From positions 1 to 25,051 of the forward strand of contig NZ_JAEDAM010000020.1 of NCBI RefSeq assembly GCF_018420025.1: DNA of 25,051 nucleotides. The letters are read 5' to 3'. Below the pieces are notes generated by a model, which saw only the letters and a program-made list of their open reading frames with translations, did no database searches and was not told the origin of the DNA. Shown in pieces: positions 19,509 through 25,051 of this stretch. Made by a program: the position numbers and the translations under genes. How positions within the stretch are numbered: the stretch's first letter is position 1; every line of letters starts with the position of its first letter. The stretch comes from Candidatus Vampirococcus lugosii (GTDB lineage: Bacteria; Patescibacteriota; Gracilibacteria; Absconditabacterales; Absconditicoccaceae).

Positions 19509-22487
19509 ATGGAAACCAAATTATATAATTATTTATCAAAATCATTACTTGAAAAAGATATTTATTTTGGAAATATTGAAATACAAAAAAAGATAGAAGA
19601 TTTGAAACAAAATACTCTAGGACTTGAAGAAAAATATATAAAAAAGATTATAAGTTATTTAAAAACTTATAATAAATTTTTGTTATCACAATGAAAAAGT
19701 GAAGTCCGTTTGAGATATTATCAAATCCTTACTTTGTATTTTGCTGAAATGTATTTTGATATAAAAGATGAAAAAGAAATGGATAGTTTTTCAAAAAACT
19801 CTCTTGCTTATTGGATGGCAACTTGAAGCTGAAAAACTATTGTAATGCACTTAAATATTTTACAATATTTAGATAAAATCAAAAATTATAATAAATTTCA
19901 AATTATTTTTACTACTCCTTGAGTAAATCTTATAGACCAACATAAAGAAGAATTAAATCCTTTTATAGATTTTCTAAATAGTAAATATAATAATAAAATA
20001 AATTTAATTATAGATACTACTTCATCACTTTTGAATAAATGAAGTGAATATTATAGTTTAGCTTGAAATAAAAGAGCAAAAAGACTTATTTTGATAGATG
20101 AAGCTCATATTTGAACAAGCTCAAAAGAAGAATGAGTTTTTTACAAATTTAGAAACGAATTAAATAAAGAAAATAGTTTTTTATTTGAATATTCTGCAAC
20201 TTTTCATAATTTGAGTAAATGATTAGAGAAAGAATATGAAAATCAAATAATTTATGATTATAATTATAATTTATTTTATAAAGATTGATATGGAAAAGAT
20301 TTTAGTTTTAAACAAGTTTGAAATGATGTTTTAGTTTGAGATAATGAAAATGAATTAAAACAAAATCTTGATAAATGTCTGCTAGTAATAAATGAAAAAA
20401 TAGATATTTGGAGTAATTTAAGATGATATACATGAGATAAACAAAAAAGTTTATTTTGAGATTTTAATATGTTTCCTGATAAACCTCTAATAACTTTTAT
20501 GTGAAATACTGTAAATAATAAAAATAAAAAAGATAAAGACCCTGAAATAAGTGATATTTCAAATATTGTTTATTATTTAGCAAATTTAAGTGAAAATGAA
20601 AAAAAGAATTTTGAGAATGTTTTTAATTATAAAATATCTTGAAAATTAACTATTACCAGAAATAAATCAGTAATAGATGAATTATTATTATCATATTGAG
20701 ATGATTGAAAATATTTTTGAATTATCAATGTATGAAATTGAGATAAATTTTTTAATGATCTTGATTTGCCAAATATAGAAAAGAAAAAAATAGAAATAAT
20801 AGATAGCAAATATTTATTCAAAAATATAGATAAAAAAGATAGTCCTATAAATTTACTTATTTGAAGTAGAAAATTTGCTGAATGATGGAATAGTTTCAGA
20901 GTATCAGTAATTGCTCTTATAAATTTAGGAAGTAATGCTTGAAATAAAATTATTCAAATATTTGGTAGATGAGTAAGATTGAAATGATTAAAAGATGATT
21001 GAAAAAGAAAATATACTCAACACGAAAAAGATTATTTTGAATTATGAAATAATAATGAAGATAAACTCAAAAAGATTGAAACTTTGAATATTTTGAGTGT
21101 TAAAAAAAGTTATCTTGAAACTTTTACAAAAAAAGTAAATGAAGAAATAAAATATACTCATTCTTTCAAAATAAAAGTAAATCCAAATTTAATAAAACTA
21201 AATTCTTGAGATGATATAGAATTTGAAGAATACAAAAATCATCTTCCTATTTTCAAACTTTCAAAAAAAGAAATAAATTATAAAAATATAATTCTTGAAT
21301 GAAATGATATTTATTATTCTTATTTAGATGAAAATACAATAATTGAAGATGAAAAAATAAGTAATTTCAATTTTTCTCTTGATTTCAGAATAGATAAAAC
21401 AAAACCTTGATTATGTATCAAAAATAATTTAAAAACAAAAATAGAGGCTTTTAAAAGCTATATAAATATATATAAAATCAATCAAATTATAAAAGATAAT
21501 TTATGAGAGTACAAAATTAATTTATATATAAAATTTTGAAATAATTTAATAGATTTTGATTATAAAAGTATTTTTGATTTTATAGATGAAATAAAATATG
21601 ATAATAAGTTATGAAATAATTTGTGAAAAATAGAAAAAACAATAATAATTGTAATAGATGAATTTTTGAAAAAACTTAAAAATAAAGTAAATCATAGAAT
21701 AAATAGTAAAAATATAGTTTATAATAAAGTTTTAAGTCAAAAAACAGAAACTAATCCTACTTGAGATTTTATAGAAGAATATATAATTACAAAAGAGTTT
21801 GAGAGTGAAAATGAAAAACTTGAATATATTGAAAATATTGAAACTGAAAAACAAAAAATTATTGATATTTTATATAAAAACTTTGATAAACATATTTATT
21901 CTCCACTTCTAAAAGAAGATGATAATCATTCAAATTTAGGAATAAATATTTCTCCTGACAAATTAAATTTTTGAGAAAAATTATTTATAGAAAACATTAA
22001 AGATTATATTAATGAGAATTATAGAAATAATAAAAAATTAGATTTTTATTTATTGAGAAATGTAGAGAGTTTGAGAAGTATTTGAATATATCTGGAAAAT
22101 GATGAACATCCATTTTTTCCTGATTTTATTTTATGGATTATAGATAATAAAGAAAATAAAACTTATATAAATTTTATTGACCCAAAATGACAAGATTGAA
22201 TATTTGATAGAAATTCTTGAAATTTTAATGATAAAGCTAAAATTTGAAATAAACTTATAGATAATACTTTGAAAAATATTGAAGAAAATTTGAGTAAACA
22301 AAAAGATAAAGATATTGTTTTAAATTCTTTTATTATTCTTAAATCTTGAAGTGATTTATGAACAAGAAATACAGATAATATTCAAAATAAAATGCTTGAA
22401 AATAATATTTATAAAATAGATTGGATTTGAGAAGATAAACTTAATTGAAAATCTTATTTAGATTTAATATTTGAGAAAATATTATAA
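19509..22487 (+). CDS. res: type III Res-like restriction subunit: SF2 helicase plus C-terminal PD-(D/E)xK nuclease, 992 aa, intact
   Basis: All 993 codons were checked and only the terminal TAA (22485) is a stop. Motif I is AYWMATGSGKT (19818-19838, both Gly as TGA). Motif II is LILIDEAH (20091-20108) and motif III is YSATF. Motifs V-VI are LLIGSRKFAEGWNSFRV...QIFGRGVRL (20955-20981). The nuclease motif is FFPDFILWIID...INFIDPKG (22119-22190). It starts 13 nt after the antirepressor-like gene. Confidence 0.8.
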
Positions 22488-22589
22488 ATATAAGTTTAAT
22501 AAGATAGTAATTCTTTGCTTTTTAGCAAGTTCTACATTTTATAAAAAGACTTTGGATCACAAAACTATAATATATATTAAAAAATAAGT

Positions 22590-22619
22590 TTGATTTTATT
22601 GATAAATTAATTATATAAT
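22590..22619 (+). promoter_or_regulatory. promoter candidate for the flippase gene
   Basis: TTGATT (22590-22595), an 18 nt spacer, then TATAAT (22614-22619), 37 nt upstream of the TTG start at 22656. Confidence 0.25.
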
Positions 22620-22655
22620 TAATACTTAAAATTTTATTTAAATAATTTAATTAAT

Positions 22656-24152
22656 TTGTCACCTAATTTAGTAATAAAAGATGCATTTTGGCAAATATTA
22701 TGAAGAATATTAAGTGCAATAGCTGGTTTACTTGTGATTAAAATGATAACTCCATTTCTATGACCAGAAAGATATTGAGATTATTCAACTATTTTGAAAT
22801 ATTTTGCTATATGGGCTGCTTTTGCAGATTTTGGATTATATGTAGTAGCTCTACAAAAATTATGAAAAATTAAAGAAGAATCCTACGAAAAATTACAAAA
22901 ATATTATGCAAAATTTGTAAGTACTAGATTTTTTATGATTTTTTGTGTTTATACTTTGGCAATAATAATTGCTTATTTAATACCAGCTTATAGCAGTAAT
23001 CCTTATATCGTATGGGGACTACCTTTATGAATGCTTTTTAGTGCATCTTTTATGGTAAGTTGAATATTGCAAGCTCCACTTCAATTATTTTGGCAAATGA
23101 AACATTTGAGTATAGCTTTGGTCTTGGCAAGAATTTGACAATTATGACTTTTAGTATTTATAATTTTTTATTTATTTCCACAAATTAATTTTGATTGATG
23201 AAAAAAATCAATATTAGTATTTTCATTAATTATATTTTCTGTATTATTTTCTTGAATATTACAAATAATTTATGTTTATATTGTTTGAAGAAAATATCTT
23301 CCCTTAAAACGAAATTTTGATATAGAATTTACAAAAAATATATTTTTTAATAACCGAAAATATTGACTTGCATATTATTTAAGTAGTTTTCATACTTTAG
23401 TAGTTTTAATTTCACTTTCTATATTTTTTCCAACTACTGAAAATTTTACTTATGTATGAATTTGGGCTTTGGCATTATCTTTATTGGAAATATTACTTAT
23501 AGTTCCACAGAGTTTATGAAATGCACTTATTCATAAAATTTCTACAAAAATAAAAGAAGAAAAACTTATTAGTTATTGATATATGATGATTTTTACTATA
23601 TGGATATGATTAGTATTTATGATTAATTTTATGATATTTGGTCAAGAAATAATATATTTTATTTGATGAAATGATTATATATGAAATTGACAAATATGAT
23701 CTGATTATATTCTTTATTTTTTATGAATAGTAATAGTTTTGAGTTTTATTAAACAAATATTTAATTATATATTTGTATCAAATAATTTACAAAATAATTT
23801 ATTATTTATAAACTGATTTTGAGTATTTTTAGGTTTAATAATATGAATACCACTTATATTAAATTATAATATTATATGATGAATTATTACACAAATACTT
23901 TTGGAAGTGCTTTTTGTTGTATGAGCATTATTCGTAGCTTGGAAAAATAATTCTTTACCAAAAGTAAATATAAAAGTTTTATTTACAATAATTTTTATTA
24001 TGTTATGAATTTTATTGTTCGGTCAAAATTTACTACAAAATAATGATTATACAAATTTTATAAATTTTATTTTATATGTTATAATTATTAATATATTAAT
24101 ATTATTATTATCTTACTACCCTATCAAAAATATTATGAGAAATTTAGGTTAA
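22656..24152 (+). CDS. MOP-superfamily polysaccharide/oligosaccharide flippase (Wzx / 'polysaccharide biosynthesis protein' type), about 498 aa
   Basis: The frame is open from 22623 to TAA 24150 (checked codon by codon). The protein is highly hydrophobic with many predicted TM segments. The N-terminal signature is FWQILGRILSAIAGLLVIKMITPFLGPERYGDYSTILKYFAIWAAFADFGLY. A TTG start at 22656 is assumed; the first in-frame ATG is 29 codons further in. Confidence 0.7.
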
Positions 24153-24197
24153 ATATTTTTTTATATATAAGAAATAGTAGCATTGTTTACAGTTTTT

Positions 24198-24884
24198 TTA
24201 TTTTCAGTGATAAAACTCATCTATAATTTCATATGGTGTTTTATTATCAATTCATTTATGAACTTTGACACAATTATATAGATTTACAAATCTTTTTAAA
24301 GACTTTTTTTTATTTTCTCTTGAAATGAATGTTTCTTTACTATGTCGCATATCCATTAATATTCTTATTACTCTTTCAGCTTTACCGTTTGTTTGTGGTC
24401 TTTTTAATTTTGTGTATTTTTTCTTTATTCAGGCTTCAAGACAATATTTCATAAGTTCATAATCTGGTGTTCACTTATATTCTTTAATTTTTTCTTTATC
24501 GTCTTTTATGTAAGGTAGTTTTTTTGTATCCATATGAAACATTTCTCATGGATATGTTTTGTTTTATCTTCTTGCTTGTGCATTTTTTTTTAATGTTTTC
24601 TTGTATCTTCTTGCTTGTGCATTTTTCTTCTTTAATGTTTTCTCTTCAATTTTTGATAGTCTTTTAAATCAGTATGCTAATCATCTAAATCTTGTGTTTG
24701 TTGAATTACATATCTGAAATTCTTTTACTCTAGCTCTCTTTATCACTTTATACACTGTTGGTCTGCTTATATTATATTTATTTGCCAAATCCACAACAGA
24801 CCATTGATCACAATATAGTTTTCGAATATGTTTACGATTCTTTTCTGTTAGTCTCTGATTTTTATGTTCTTTTTTTGAGTACAT
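24198..24884 (-). pseudogene. IS481-like (rve integrase family) transposase remnant
   Basis: The N-terminal HTH is the track ORF 24681-24884 (...VDLANKYNISRPTVYKVIKRARV...). With table 25 it continues ...RFRGLAYGFKRLSKIEEKTLKKKNAQARRYKKTLKKNAQARR* with an in-frame TAA at 24566-24564. It then reads NKTYPGEMFHMDTKKLP...KEYKGTPDYELMKYCLEAGIKKKYTKLKRPQTNGKAERVIRIL...NLYNCVKVHKGIDNKTPYEII. The distance from 'MDTKKL' to 'TNGKAER' is only about 47 aa, versus roughly 125 aa in intact relatives as I remember them. The core carrying the second catalytic D therefore appears deleted. Confidence 0.7.
24552..24645. repeat. imperfect tandem repeat, 39/42 nt unit, 2 full copies plus a partial one, inside the IS481-like remnant
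   Basis: Copy 1 (24565-24603) is tatcttcttgcttgtgca-t9-aatgttttcttg. Copy 2 (24604-24645) shares the identical 18 nt core, then has tttttcttcttt-aatgttttctc. A partial third copy of the aatgtttt segment lies at 24552-24564. The unit encodes the repeated peptide KTLKK(K)NAQARR. Confidence 0.9.
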
Positions 24885-25001
24885 GTTATATGTATATTCA
24901 TATTTTGTTTTTTACATAAATAAAAATTTTATCTATTATATCTTTTTGTGTAAACAACTCTAGTCTATATTACATTTAATTATTTAAAATAAAATTATAA
25001 A

Positions 25002-25020
25002 ATTTGTGTAGTACACAAAT
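25002..25020. repeat. perfect 9 bp-arm palindrome ATTTGTGTA-G-TACACAAAT upstream of the IS481-like gene
   Basis: Read directly: 25002-25010 is the reverse complement of 25012-25020. It lies about 120 nt upstream of the transposase ATG (24884). It could be an operator-like site or an IS-end element. Confidence 0.6.
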
Positions 25021-25051
25021 CTATTTTTATTTTCTTGCAAATCCTTGTCTA

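Noticed and set aside
1591-19694. Track ORFs 1591-1794, 15432-15656 and 19509-19694 as stand-alone small proteins
   Set aside because: They are simply the TGA-free stretches of the ABC exporter, mod and res. Each continues in frame through TGA (Gly) codons into conserved motifs.
22519-22532. Small hairpin ttgct-tttt-agcaa after res as a terminator
   Set aside because: The stem is only 5 bp and A/T-poor in stability, and no U-tract follows it. It cannot be told apart from chance.
19265-24462. Track ORFs 19265-19519 (-), 20627-20821 (-) and 24265-24462 (+)
   Set aside because: They are antisense to the antirepressor-like gene and res start, to res, and to the IS481-like remnant respectively. 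They show no recognisable motifs.
24564-24566. The in-frame TAA of the IS481-like gene as a TGA(Gly)-to-TAA mutation
   Set aside because: The paralogous position in the adjacent repeat copy is TAC (Tyr) at 24605-24603, so TAC-to-TAA is the better explanation.
24552-24645. Tandem repeats as a possible CRISPR array
   Set aside because: The copies are directly adjacent with no spacers and number only 2-3. They lie in frame inside a transposase pseudogene. No cas genes are in the window.
1-25051. Genetic code 4 (TGA=Trp, Mycoplasma/Spiroplasma type) as the explanation for in-frame TGA
   Set aside because: TGA columns coincide with invariant Gly (GxxGxGKS/T, LSGG, HPHGGGEG, FxGxG), not with Trp. 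Conserved Trp positions use TGG.

Overview
This is a strongly AT-rich 25 kb window from a bacterium that reads UGA as glycine (translation table 25, i.e. Absconditabacteria/SR1 or Gracilibacteria within the CPR/Patescibacteria). TGA sits at invariant Gly positions of Walker A, LSGG, EF-Tu G1, L2 'HPHGGGEG' and MTase 'FxGxG' motifs. The supplied standard-code ORF track therefore misses almost every gene, and all coordinates below come from manual re-translation with TGA=Gly and only TAA/TAG as stops.

Contents:
(1) + strand: an MsbA-like ABC exporter (367-2133). It converges on secY across an A/T hairpin.
(2) - strand: one contiguous block of tRNA-Phe/Pro/Ile, tuf, 20 ribosomal-protein genes in canonical S10/spc order, then secY (2240-14369). 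There is no rpmD (L30) between rpsE and rplO, no fusA/rpsG/rpsL upstream, and no adk/map/infA downstream.
(3) An accessory region (about 14.4-25 kb) directly beside the tRNA cluster. It holds:
- a decayed IS1634/IS4-like transposase;
- a type III-like R-M cassette. Its very long Mod-like N6/N4 MTase has a roughly 520 aa uncharacterised N-terminal extension and a frameshift in a T6 run. After a GC-rich hairpin comes an AntA/ORF6C-like phage-antirepressor-type gene broken by a perfect 10 bp tandem duplication. The cassette ends with an intact 992 aa Res-like helicase/PD-(D/E)xK nuclease;
- a MOP/Wzx-type flippase;
- a decayed IS481-like transposase with 39-42 nt tandem repeats.

No CRISPR array and no rRNA were seen. 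No Shine-Dalgarno-like motifs were seen upstream of any gene.
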